Notes under the pieces: generated by a model
Database searches by the model: none
Told to the model about the DNA's origin: nothing
Seen by the model: the letters and a program-made list of their open reading frames with translations, nothing else
Source of the DNA: a virus
Taxonomy: Duplodnaviria; Heunggongvirae; Uroviricota; Caudoviricetes
Virus record (IMG/VR): IMGVR_UViG_2690316062_000005
Length of the DNA: 44,255 nucleotides
Strand: one strand, 5' to 3'
Part shown: positions 17,731 through 25,630 of the stretch, piece by piece
Layout of the letters: every line of letters begins with the position of its first letter
Numbering within the stretch: position 1 is the first letter of the stretch
Translations under genes and position numbers: made by a program

Positions 17731-17936
17731 TGGCGATGAAATATTCCTGGTTCCACCATCACGAATGCACAACCGATCAGGCCGACGAGCTGGTGGCCAG
17801 TTACCGTCGTCGTGGCGCCACGGTAGAACGTAGCCTGAATCGCGACAACATCACCTGGACCGTCAGCGCGCAATTGCCGGAAGGCGATAACGCGCCTCGC
17901 CCGAGCCGGGTATGGCAAAGCAAGGCGTGGGGGTGA
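17727..17936 (+). CDS. Hypothetical small protein
   Basis: 69 aa; ATGA overlap with upstream gene. Confidence 0.4.
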   Translation: MMAMKYSWFHHHECTTDQADELVASYRRRGATVERSLNRDNITWTVSAQLPEGDNAPRPSRVWQSKAWG

Positions 17937-17938
17937 GC

Positions 17939-18229
17939 ATGGCAAATTTACGCAAAGAGGCTCGTGGTCGTGATTGTCAGGTTCGAATTCCCGGCGTCTG
18001 CAACGGTAACCCGGAAACGTCTGTACTGGCGCACATTCGCCTGGCCGGGTTATGTGGCACCGGAATCAAACCGCCTGATCTGATTGCCACCATTGCATGC
18101 TCTGCCTGTCACGACGAGATCGACCGCCGTACACATTTTGTCGATGCTGAGTATGCTAAAGAATGCGCGCTGGAAGGTATGGCGAGAACGCAGGTTATCT
18201 GGCTGAAAGAGGGGGTAATCAAGGCGTGA
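17939..18229 (+). CDS. YbcO-like protein (DUF1364; putative nuclease)
   Basis: 96 aa from ATG at 17939; Cys-rich [22 protein letters not shown] ... [13 protein letters not shown]; position immediately upstream of rusA as in DLP12-like prophages. Confidence 0.6.
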   Translation: MANLRKEARGRDCQVRIPGVCNGNPETSVLAHIRLAGLCGTGIKPPDLIATIACSACHDEIDRRTHFVDAEYAKECALEGMARTQVIWLKEGVIKA

Positions 18230-18588
18230 ATACTTACAACATCACATTGCCCTGGCCGCCGAGCAATAACCGCTACTACCGCCATAATCGCGGGCGCACG
18301 CACATCAGCGCAGAAGGGCAGGCATACCGCGATAACGTCGCCCGAATCATTAAAAACGCAATGCTGGATATCGGTCTGGCTATGCCTGTGAAAATCCGCA
18401 TTGAGTGCCACATGCCGGATCGCCGTCGCCGTGACCTGGATAATCTGCAAAAGGCCGCTTTTGACGCACTCACCAAAGCAGGTTTCTGGCTGGACGATGC
18501 TCAGGTCGTTGATTATCGCGTTGTGAAGATGCCCGTTACCAAAGGTGGAAAGCTGGAACTGACAATCACCGGGCTGGAGGCCGTATGA
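18226..18588 (+). CDS. rusA: Holliday-junction resolvase RusA
   Basis: GTG start overlapping previous stop; [40 protein letters not shown]... closely matches RusA. Confidence 0.85.
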   Translation: MNTYNITLPWPPSNNRYYRHNRGRTHISAEGQAYRDNVARIIKNAMLDIGLAMPVKIRIECHMPDRRRRDLDNLQKAAFDALTKAGFWLDDAQVVDYRVVKMPVTKGGKLELTITGLEAV

Positions 18589-18718
18589 CATTTGAATCCT
18601 GTTTTTCCGATCACCTCCGCGTTCGCTGGCAGCGGCTTCGCTTATACCACTTTCCCGGCTCTGTGCTAACGGACTACCGGATACTGAAGAACTACATCAA
18701 AACCATAGGCGGTGCAGT

Positions 18719-19411
18719 ATGAATACTCAATTTCTCGAATACGTGCGCCAGCAGTTGATGGTGGCCACCGCCGATTTAAGTGGTGCGACAAAAGGACAGC
18801 TGCAGGCGTTCAGTGATCATCCACCAGCAGATAAGAACAAATACCCCCGGCACCATCCTGAAATCGTCATGGAAGGTGGGGAAGGTTGTGGATCGAAGGT
18901 TGTAAAAACTCTGGCCACTCCGCTTTATGTTCTTGAGACAAGGAGCCGTCGCCGACCTTTACCGCCTATTAAGGATACGGAGTTCGCTTGTTCAGCATGG
19001 CGTCGGTCGGTGAATGGTCTGGGGGAGCATTTGCAGGCATGGGTGCGGTATTGCTATGGGTATGACCTGACCTTCCGGTACCAGACGTTAATGTGCCAGT
19101 ACGTGTGGGAACAATTTCAGCGTCAGCATAGCGGCAAAAAAATACAGGGCCGTGTCACTAAAAAACTGATAGGGCTTGTCTGGCTGGCGGCGCAAGAAGT
19201 TGCTGCCTCGCGTAATAACGATACCTATCAGGAGTATGCTGGAGCAGCTCTGGCGCGCATGGTCAGCGTTGAGCGTTCCACCTGGCTCAGAGTGTATTCA
19301 GGCCACTGGGCGGCTTTCAAAGCGTCGTTTGCAGAAATGGACAGCCAGGCACTAAGCGAAATTTTGTCACGGTACGAAGAGTACCAAGAACTCAAAGTGG
19401 CGGAAATGTGA
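18719..19411 (+). CDS. Late-gene antiterminator Q-like protein
   Basis: 230 aa; located after rusA and directly upstream of late promoter/terminator and lysis genes; Cys-containing segment; assignment mainly positional. Confidence 0.55.
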   Translation: MNTQFLEYVRQQLMVATADLSGATKGQLQAFSDHPPADKNKYPRHHPEIVMEGGEGCGSKVVKTLATPLYVLETRSRRRPLPPIKDTEFACSAWRRSVNGLGEHLQAWVRYCYGYDLTFRYQTLMCQYVWEQFQRQHSGKKIQGRVTKKLIGLVWLAAQEVAASRNNDTYQEYAGAALARMVSVERSTWLRVYSGHWAAFKASFAEMDSQALSEILSRYEEYQELKVAEM

Positions 19412-19506
19412 GATAACTTTCACTAACTCCCTCAATTGGGCTTGCAAAATGCAACAAAATAAGCGATATTTGAAGCTAATTTGATATGTTGCCAACAGTA
19501 TATAAA

Positions 19507-19528
19507 CCCGCCAGTGAGCGGGTTTTTT
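19507..19528 (+). terminator. tR'-like intrinsic terminator downstream of the late promoter
   Basis: CCCGC-CAGTGA-GCGGG hairpin followed by TTTTTT about 100 nt after the Q stop; candidate -35 TTGCAA (19442-19447) upstream. Confidence 0.6.
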
Positions 19529-19880
19529 AATTTTGCGGAATACTTTTTTAATCGCAGAAAAGCATGTCGTTTCGTTTTGATAGGAAAAAACGATGGATAG
19601 GCAACACAAGGCTCTAATGTGCGTAAGTTTGATGGATATGATAATTACGCACAGCTTATCAACAATATTTTGCTATTAGTTAAGTTGTGAATAACTTTTT
19701 TTGTTGATAACTCTTTTTTCTGTGGATAAGTCTGTAGGTTTATTAAATTCTTATGCACAAGTAGAACGCTGATGGTCCTGTACAATCCCGTAAAAGCTTC
19801 AATACTGATGACAGCAATATAAAAACCTATCCAGTGAAGCTATTGAAAACATACAGAATTTGGTTTTCTTCGGGAAAATT

Positions 19881-20636
19881 ATGTCAGGACAGCCTGAGTC
19901 AAAAGAACAAGAACTGCTTGCAACAATCCTCGATTACTTCCAGAAGGGAGAAGTCCCGGATACAGACACTATTGCGGAAATTGAGCGCGACATTGCTAAA
20001 CTTCCAATAAGTGAGCGCGCACATGCGTATGCATGGCTTAATGGAACTCTCGGGCGTCACTCTGATGCAGTACGTTTATTCAAAGACGCGATGAGCTCTG
20101 GGAGTCCAACGATCGCACAAAACTACTTGGCGTATCTTTCTCGTTCGGCTCATAACTATGAGCATCGCGTTGAGTTGTTTAGAATAGTTGAGCTTTTCCC
20201 TTCACATGAACTGAGGCTTGTAGCAAGAAACGCTGCATTTTGTATCGGCAACGACAAGTTGGTTAAAAAGTTCTCCCTCAAAATGGCTGCTCTTTATGAT
20301 GGCCAAGAGCGAGAGGATATAATCAATCAGGGAAATTATATGGCTGAACAGATTGTTGATTTCAAAAACGCTACCCGTCTTTCTTCTCGAGAACTAGAAG
20401 CCCTTTGCGATCAAGCTGAAGAGATTGCGAACAAGCGCGGTATTAACTGTTCAAGTGTTAGCTATTATCTTGGTGGAGATGATGACAATGCATTCATCGT
20501 TAGAGCCCAAACTGCTGATCCGCAGGTTTTAGCTGAAATGAACATGGAACTGTTGGTTTTGCTCTCAGATGATAGTTATCGGAACAGCCCTTTTACATCC
20601 TGGTTTCAAAGCGATGAAAAAAGAGGGATTTACTGA
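19881..20636 (+). CDS. Hypothetical protein (moron, all-alpha)
   Basis: 251 aa from ATG at 19881 (ORF track begins at an upstream TTG); 1-nt TGATG coupling to the next gene. Confidence 0.55.
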   Translation: MSGQPESKEQELLATILDYFQKGEVPDTDTIAEIERDIAKLPISERAHAYAWLNGTLGRHSDAVRLFKDAMSSGSPTIAQNYLAYLSRSAHNYEHRVELFRIVELFPSHELRLVARNAAFCIGNDKLVKKFSLKMAALYDGQEREDIINQGNYMAEQIVDFKNATRLSSRELEALCDQAEEIANKRGINCSSVSYYLGGDDDNAFIVRAQTADPQVLAEMNMELLVLLSDDSYRNSPFTSWFQSDEKRGIY

Positions 20637-21040
20637 TGAGCGTATCGGGGAAAGATTTTATTGTTTTTGCTGGTAAATGCATTTCTCACAACGATGAAAT
20701 CGGTTACAGAAACGCCATTGGTCGAGCGTATTATGGAGTTTATCATGAAACGCTTGATAAGCTTGAGAAATGCCCAAACAAGTCGTCACACCAAGCTGTT
20801 CGCGACTATCTTACAAATGATGCATGGTTAAAAGGAAATGAGCCGTTTGAAAAAATGAAACTCATTTCTATGGGAACAATGCTGAGACATTTGCATACCC
20901 GACGTAAATGGGCAGATTACGAGCTTGATAGAACTTTAAGTAAGGCTGATGCGGAAGCTATATTGATAATGGCTAACAAAGCTATTGACACCCTTCAGCA
21001 GATGTATGAGCAGGTTTATCCATCCGAACCTGCTGCTTGA
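20636..21040 (+). CDS. Hypothetical protein with R-x6-H motif (possible HEPN-like domain)
   Basis: 134 aa; AGAGGGA RBS; motif RAYYGVYHE near N-terminus; followed by a terminator. Confidence 0.55.
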   Translation: MSVSGKDFIVFAGKCISHNDEIGYRNAIGRAYYGVYHETLDKLEKCPNKSSHQAVRDYLTNDAWLKGNEPFEKMKLISMGTMLRHLHTRRKWADYELDRTLSKADAEAILIMANKAIDTLQQMYEQVYPSEPAA

Positions 21041-21057
21041 TTATCTATTCGAAATAA

Positions 21058-21080
21058 CCTCGCTTAAGCGGGGTTTTTTT
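21058..21080 (+). terminator. Intrinsic terminator
   Basis: Hairpin around CGCTT/AAGCG followed by TTTTTTT. Confidence 0.55.
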
Positions 21081-21249
21081 ATGCCTTCGCACCTCCATTT
21101 CGGAGGTATTTTGCTGTGAAAATGGGCGGCTGGTGGATGTTGGAGCACCCACCAGCCATCAGCTCATGCTTTCAGGTCACAAGCTAACCAAGGCCCATTG
21201 CTTTAGCGCAAAAGCAAAGAGAGCCTATCAGAGTTACGCTTATTGATCT

Positions 21250-22302
21250 ATGAAAAATACTGTAAATATAAACAGTGTTGAGTTAGTCAACGCTGATAGC
21301 CTGCAATACATCGCCACTCTCCCTGATAACTCCATTGACCTGATAGTCACGGATCCGCCGTACTTCAAAGTGAAACCCAACGGCTGGGACAATCAGTGGA
21401 AAGGGGATGAGGATTATCTTCGCTGGCTTGATATGTGCCTCGCACAATTCTGGCGAGTGCTTAAACCTGCTGGCAGTCTTTATCTTTTCTCCGGTCACCG
21501 CCTGGCGGCAGACATTGAGATCATGATGCGTGAGCGGTTCAACGTCCTGAACCACATCATCTGGGCTAAACCGTCGGGCCGCTGGAATGGCTGTAATAAA
21601 GAGAGTCTGCGCTCTTACTTCCCTGCAACAGAGCGCATCCTCTTCGCTGAGCATTACCAGGGGCCGTATAAACCAAAGAGCGACGGTTACGCGGAGAAGG
21701 GAAGCGAGCTGAAGCAGCATGTAATGACTCCCCTAATTTCTTATTTCCGGGATGCACGTGAAGCGCTTGGCATAACCTCAAAACAAATAGCCGATGCGAC
21801 TGGAAAGAAGAACATGGTGTCTCACTGGTTCAGCGGTAGCCAGTGGCAATTACCGAATGAATCAGACTACCGGAATCTTCAGTCCCTTTTCACGCAGGTA
21901 GCCATCGAAAAGCACCAGAACGGCGAACTGGCAACACCACACCACCAGCTGGTGGCTATGTGGCATTCGTTAAATCGCAAGTATTCAGAGCTGCTCGAAG
22001 AGTACAAATCGCTTCGGCGGCATTTCTCTGTTTCCGTATCCGTTCCTTATACCGACGTCTGGACACATAAACCCGTTCAGTTTTACCCAGGTAAACACCC
22101 ATGCGAAAAACCCGCTGACATGTTGCGGCAGATCATCAACGCCAGCAGTAAGCCTAGTGATGTGGTGGCTGATTTCTTTATGGGGTCCGGTTCGACCGTG
22201 AAAATCGCGCTGGAACTTGGCCGCCAGGCTATCGGCGTTGAACTCGAGGAGGACAGGTTTAGCCAGACGGTGGAGGAAATAAGGGCGTTAACAGGGGAAT
22301 AA
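21250..22302 (+). CDS. DNA amino-methyltransferase (N6-adenine or N4-cytosine; beta-class motif order)
   Basis: 350 aa; DPPY motif (LIVTDPPYF) near N-terminus and FxGxG-like AdoMet motif (DFFMGSGST) near C-terminus; no adjacent restriction endonuclease. Confidence 0.8.
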   Translation: MKNTVNINSVELVNADSLQYIATLPDNSIDLIVTDPPYFKVKPNGWDNQWKGDEDYLRWLDMCLAQFWRVLKPAGSLYLFSGHRLAADIEIMMRERFNVLNHIIWAKPSGRWNGCNKESLRSYFPATERILFAEHYQGPYKPKSDGYAEKGSELKQHVMTPLISYFRDAREALGITSKQIADATGKKNMVSHWFSGSQWQLPNESDYRNLQSLFTQVAIEKHQNGELATPHHQLVAMWHSLNRKYSELLEEYKSLRRHFSVSVSVPYTDVWTHKPVQFYPGKHPCEKPADMLRQIINASSKPSDVVADFFMGSGSTVKIALELGRQAIGVELEEDRFSQTVEEIRALTGE

Positions 22303-22307
22303 ACGTG

Positions 22308-22330
22308 AGGTCGCTCAAGCGGCCTTTTTT
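22308..22330 (+). terminator. Putative intrinsic terminator
   Basis: Imperfect hairpin GGTCGCT-CA-AGCGGCC (one G-U pair) followed by TTTTTTATT. Confidence 0.4.
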
Positions 22331-22370
22331 ATTACCTCAATAACACCCGCACACAGCGAGGTGAGAGACC

Positions 22371-22673
22371 ATGAAAATGAATGATTCAGGGAACATTTTC
22401 ACGCAGTTCTTCGCGTGGGTAGCAGCTCTGGCGTCAGCCATTGGTTTTACCACTCAGGATATGGTGTTCATGTTCTTTGGCGCCGCTGGTCTGCTTATCT
22501 CGTTTGCCTCCTATGTCAATGGTCGCGTGGATGCCCACCGCAGGCGTAGAGAGGACGAGAAGCGAACAAAAATGGTTAATGACTACCTGAAAGGCGTTGG
22601 TGATAAACCCCTTCACGAACGTCCTGCGGCTGCAAGCGTGGTCGTTGAGGCATTACAAAAGGAAGGTGAGTGA
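22371..22673 (+). CDS. Holin
   Basis: 100 aa; MKMN dual-start-like N-terminus; two to three hydrophobic helices; charged C-terminal tail; immediately upstream of endolysin. Confidence 0.6.
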   Translation: MKMNDSGNIFTQFFAWVAALASAIGFTTQDMVFMFFGAAGLLISFASYVNGRVDAHRRRREDEKRTKMVNDYLKGVGDKPLHERPAAASVVVEALQKEGE

Positions 22674-23206
22674 TGGGATCCAGAGCAAAATTAAGTGCTG
22701 CTGTTCTGGGGTTGGTACTTGCTGGTGCGCCAGCATCCGTCATTCTCGATCAGTTTCTGAATGAGAAAGAGGGAAACAGCCTTACAGCGTACAAAGATGG
22801 CAGCGGTATCTGGACGATTTGCCGGGGAGCTACCACGGTTGACGGCAAGCCTGTTACCCCAGGTATGAGGCTATCGCCAGAGAAATGTAATCAGGTGAAC
22901 GCCAGCGAGCTGAACAAGGCGCTGGCTTGGGTCGACCGCAATATCCAGGTACCACTGACCGAACCGCAGAAAGCGGGGATTGCCTCATTCTGCCCGTACA
23001 ACATTGGTCCTGGTAAATGCTTCCCTTCTACCTTTTATAAACGCATCAACGCCGGTGATCGTAAAGGGGCATGTGAAGCAATCCGCTGGTGGATCAAAGA
23101 CGGTGGCCGCGATTGCCGACTAACCAAAGGCCAGAAGAATGGCTGCTATGGTCAGGTTGAGAGACGGGACCAGGAAAGCGCGCTGGCGTGTTGGGGGTTA
23201 GATTAG
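22673..23206 (+). CDS. SAR endolysin (T4-lysozyme-like muramidase with N-terminal signal-arrest-release domain)
   Basis: Hydrophobic Gly/Ala-rich N-terminus ([19 protein letters not shown]) followed by E-x8-D-x5-T catalytic spacing ([16 protein letters not shown]). Confidence 0.8.
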   Translation: MGSRAKLSAAVLGLVLAGAPASVILDQFLNEKEGNSLTAYKDGSGIWTICRGATTVDGKPVTPGMRLSPEKCNQVNASELNKALAWVDRNIQVPLTEPQKAGIASFCPYNIGPGKCFPSTFYKRINAGDRKGACEAIRWWIKDGGRDCRLTKGQKNGCYGQVERRDQESALACWGLD

Positions 23207-23667
23207 TGAGCCGATTAACAGCAATTATCTGTGCTGTCGTTATCTGCCTGATGGTTTCCATGGCTTGGGCTATTAACCACTACCGCGGCAACGCCATCAC
23301 CTACAAAGACCAGCGCGATAAAGCCATTAAGAATCTTAACCAGGCGAACGCCACCATCAAAGACATGCAGATCCGCCAGCGTGATGCAGCGGTGCTGGAT
23401 GCCAAATACACGAAGGACTTAGCTGATGCTAAAAAGCAGCTTGATGATTTGCAGCGTTGTGTTCGCACTGGCAAGTGTGGGCTGCACGTCAACGCCAGAT
23501 GTCCCGCGAACGGAGCGACCAGCACCGGCGGCCTGGGCGATGTTACCGGCCCCCGACTTACTGACTCCGCTGAACGGGATTATTTCACCCTCAGAGAGCG
23601 AATCGTCACAGTGACGAAACAGGTTGGATATTTGCAGGAATACATCAAAGAGCAGTGCTTAAATTGA
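23206..23667 (+). CDS. rz: Rz i-spanin
   Basis: N-terminal TM segment then coiled coil; close to lambda Rz (…[19 protein letters not shown]…[15 protein letters not shown]…). Confidence 0.75.
   Translation: MSRLTAIICAVVICLMVSMAWAINHYRGNAITYKDQRDKAIKNLNQANATIKDMQIRQRDAAVLDAKYTKDLADAKKQLDDLQRCVRTGKCGLHVNARCPANGATSTGGLGDVTGPRLTDSAERDYFTLRERIVTVTKQVGYLQEYIKEQCLN
23426..23614 (+). CDS. rz1: Rz1 o-spanin lipoprotein, embedded out of frame within rz
   Basis: 62 aa; signal peptide with lipobox-like SVGC; Pro-rich; ...[10 protein letters not shown] matches lambda Rz1; GAAGGA RBS. Confidence 0.75.
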   Translation: MLKSSLMICSVVFALASVGCTSTPDVPRTERPAPAAWAMLPAPDLLTPLNGIISPSESESSQ

Positions 23668-23699
23668 TGTTAAATTAACCTTTTACATACGGAGGGGTT

Positions 23700-24104
23700 A
23701 TGCAAATAGATCAAGAATACCTTAAAGGTTTGCTCGAGGCTTTCGAGGCATCGGATTCACCTGATACCGATATTATTCGATTAAATGATTTAGGGTTCAA
23801 TTGTGAAACTGACACATTTGTGTTTCATATGCGTTTGCTTGAGGATAGAAGGCTGATTATCAGGAGTGATGGGGAGCCCGGCTTTGGTGCTATTCAGTCT
23901 TTAGACGGAATGACTCACTGGGCTGTAATGCCCTTGCGATTGACCGCGATGGGGCATGACTTCTTGGATGCTCTCCGTAACAAAGAGGTTTGGGCAACAT
24001 TAAAAACCGGATTCAAAGATGCCAGTATGGGCACGCTGATGACAGTTTCGAAGGAGCTGTTTAACCGAGCTCTTGCTAAGCAACTTGATAAAATGTTCGA
24101 CTAA
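23700..24104 (+). CDS. Hypothetical protein (DUF2513-like by recollection)
   Basis: 134 aa; GGAGGGG RBS; standalone between lysis cassette and a strong terminator. Confidence 0.45.
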   Translation: MQIDQEYLKGLLEAFEASDSPDTDIIRLNDLGFNCETDTFVFHMRLLEDRRLIIRSDGEPGFGAIQSLDGMTHWAVMPLRLTAMGHDFLDALRNKEVWATLKTGFKDASMGTLMTVSKELFNRALAKQLDKMFD

Positions 24105-24124
24105 CCGCCTACGGGCGGTTTTTT
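24105..24124 (+). terminator. Intrinsic terminator
   Basis: CCGCC-TACG-GGCGG hairpin followed by TTTTTT. Confidence 0.65.
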
Positions 24125-24180
24125 ATTGTCAACTTTATGAGCAAACTGATCTTAATTACTGTAACTAGGAGGTCAATGAT

Positions 24181-24822
24181 ATGGCAACGCTTAAGGACCT
24201 TTCCAGTCAGTTAAGACAGCTGCAGAAGCAAATACCGTTTGCGACTGCCCAGGCTATGACTAAAGTGGTTCGCCAGATAGAAGCGGCCCAAAAAACAGCA
24301 TTTGAGCGGAATCTGGATAATCCAACACCTTTTACAGTTAAATCGGTAGGGTCAGTTGGTGCCAGGAAAAACAGCCTTCGTGCGAAGGTGTTTGTTCGTG
24401 ATACTGCTGCTGGCTACCTTGAACCCTTCGAGTTCGGCGGAGAGCACAAGCTTAATGGTAGTGCTTTGCTTAATCCGAAAGACATAAAGCTTAATAAATA
24501 CGGCAACCTGCCGCGTAATAAGCTCTCTCAGCTCAAAGCAAAGCCAAACGTATTTATTGGTGACGTTGGTGGCGTGAATGCCGTGTGGCAGAGAAAAAAG
24601 CCGAAAATCAAAAAAGGGAAGAAACGGGCAAAACGTTCTCCGAACGGCACGCGCAGAGACAAGATTAAGCAACCTGCACCAAAATTGCTCATTCGGTTTG
24701 GAGACGCGCTTCCAGTCAAACCAACGCTCGGCTATATGGACAGGGCAAACACCATGGTCAACGCATTGTTACCCTCAGCGCTGCACCAGGCGATTGCTGA
24801 GGCGATCAGCTCGGCCAGATAG
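24181..24822 (+). CDS. Hypothetical protein with Lys/Arg-rich segment
   Basis: 213 aa; AGGAGG RBS; basic stretch QRKKPKIKKGKKRAKRSPNGTRRDKIK; immediately upstream of the cos/terminase region. Confidence 0.5.
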   Translation: MATLKDLSSQLRQLQKQIPFATAQAMTKVVRQIEAAQKTAFERNLDNPTPFTVKSVGSVGARKNSLRAKVFVRDTAAGYLEPFEFGGEHKLNGSALLNPKDIKLNKYGNLPRNKLSQLKAKPNVFIGDVGGVNAVWQRKKPKIKKGKKRAKRSPNGTRRDKIKQPAPKLLIRFGDALPVKPTLGYMDRANTMVNALLPSALHQAIAEAISSAR

Positions 24823-24913
24823 CCCCCCAGGGGTTTTGGGTCCTTCCTGAGCCTTTTGTAAGGCACGGGCATTGCGCGCCGCGGTGTTTTCCTAGCTACA
24901 ACTTTCAGATTTG

Positions 24914-25061
24914 TGTCCCATGTCCCACCTCTGGCGATCATTACGGACACCTCGCCAGCTCTGGCTATTCCAGTTTATTCCAGTGGGACATTCTGGTGGG
25001 ACATGGCAAAAATGTCCCAGGCGAATGTCCCACCCCAGAAAATGTCCCAGGTGATGTCCCA
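24914..25061. repeat. Array of eight TGTCCCA 7-mers (6 direct, 2 inverted) upstream of terS
   Basis: TGTCCCA at 24914, 24921, 25013, 25026, 25043, 25055; TGGGACA at 24984 and 24997; the last copy overlaps the terS start codon. Confidence 0.6.
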
Positions 25062-25630
25062 TGACCACGATGAACCAGAGTCAGTACGCACAACATTCAG
25101 GTGTGGATCGCAAAACAATTGGTCGGTGGATTAAAGCCGGGCGCTTCATTGTGATGGACGGAGACCTGATTGACGTAGAGGCCAGCGATGCGGCATTGAA
25201 GAAAAACCGCGATGGCAAAGACCCGCGCGCCTCGAACGCGAAGAAAAAGAAAACTCCCGTCGTTAGCGATAACGATGATGACGGTGATGAAATCAATAAA
25301 ACTGTCCGCCAGATAATGCTCACTGAAGGGGCAGATCTTTCGAGAGAGGAAGCGGGACGTATCCGCGAGAATTACATGGCCCTGCAGGCAAAGCTGCAGT
25401 ATGAAAAAGACAGCGGCCAGCTTATTGAGCTGACAGCAGCCGAGGAGGTTTTATTCAACGCCTTTCGCCAACAGCGTGATGCCTGGCTTAACTGGCCGTC
25501 CAGGGTGGCGCCGCTAATGGCTGCTGATCTGGATGTACCGGCGGACAGGATGACAGAGGTGCTGATTGAACATGTCCACAAACACATCTCAGTCCTCGGA
25601 GAGCCAGAGTTTAACCCGGCAGAAGATTGA
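25061..25630 (+). CDS. Terminase small subunit (Nu1-like)
   Basis: 189 aa; N-terminal HTH-like region (QYAQHSGVDRKTIGRWIKAG); position directly upstream of large terminase. Confidence 0.65.
   Translation: MTTMNQSQYAQHSGVDRKTIGRWIKAGRFIVMDGDLIDVEASDAALKKNRDGKDPRASNAKKKKTPVVSDNDDDGDEINKTVRQIMLTEGADLSREEAGRIRENYMALQAKLQYEKDSGQLIELTAAEEVLFNAFRQQRDAWLNWPSRVAPLMAADLDVPADRMTEVLIEHVHKHISVLGEPEFNPAED

Noticed and set aside
18589-18718. 130-bp rusA-Q intergenic region as a possible tRNA
   Set aside because: No cloverleaf-compatible stems, anticodon loop context or CCA-proximal acceptor pairing visible.
24914-25061. TGTCCCA repeat cluster as a possible CRISPR array
   Set aside because: Repeats are only 7 bp, irregularly spaced and in both orientations; no 25-40 bp repeat/spacer structure or cas genes.
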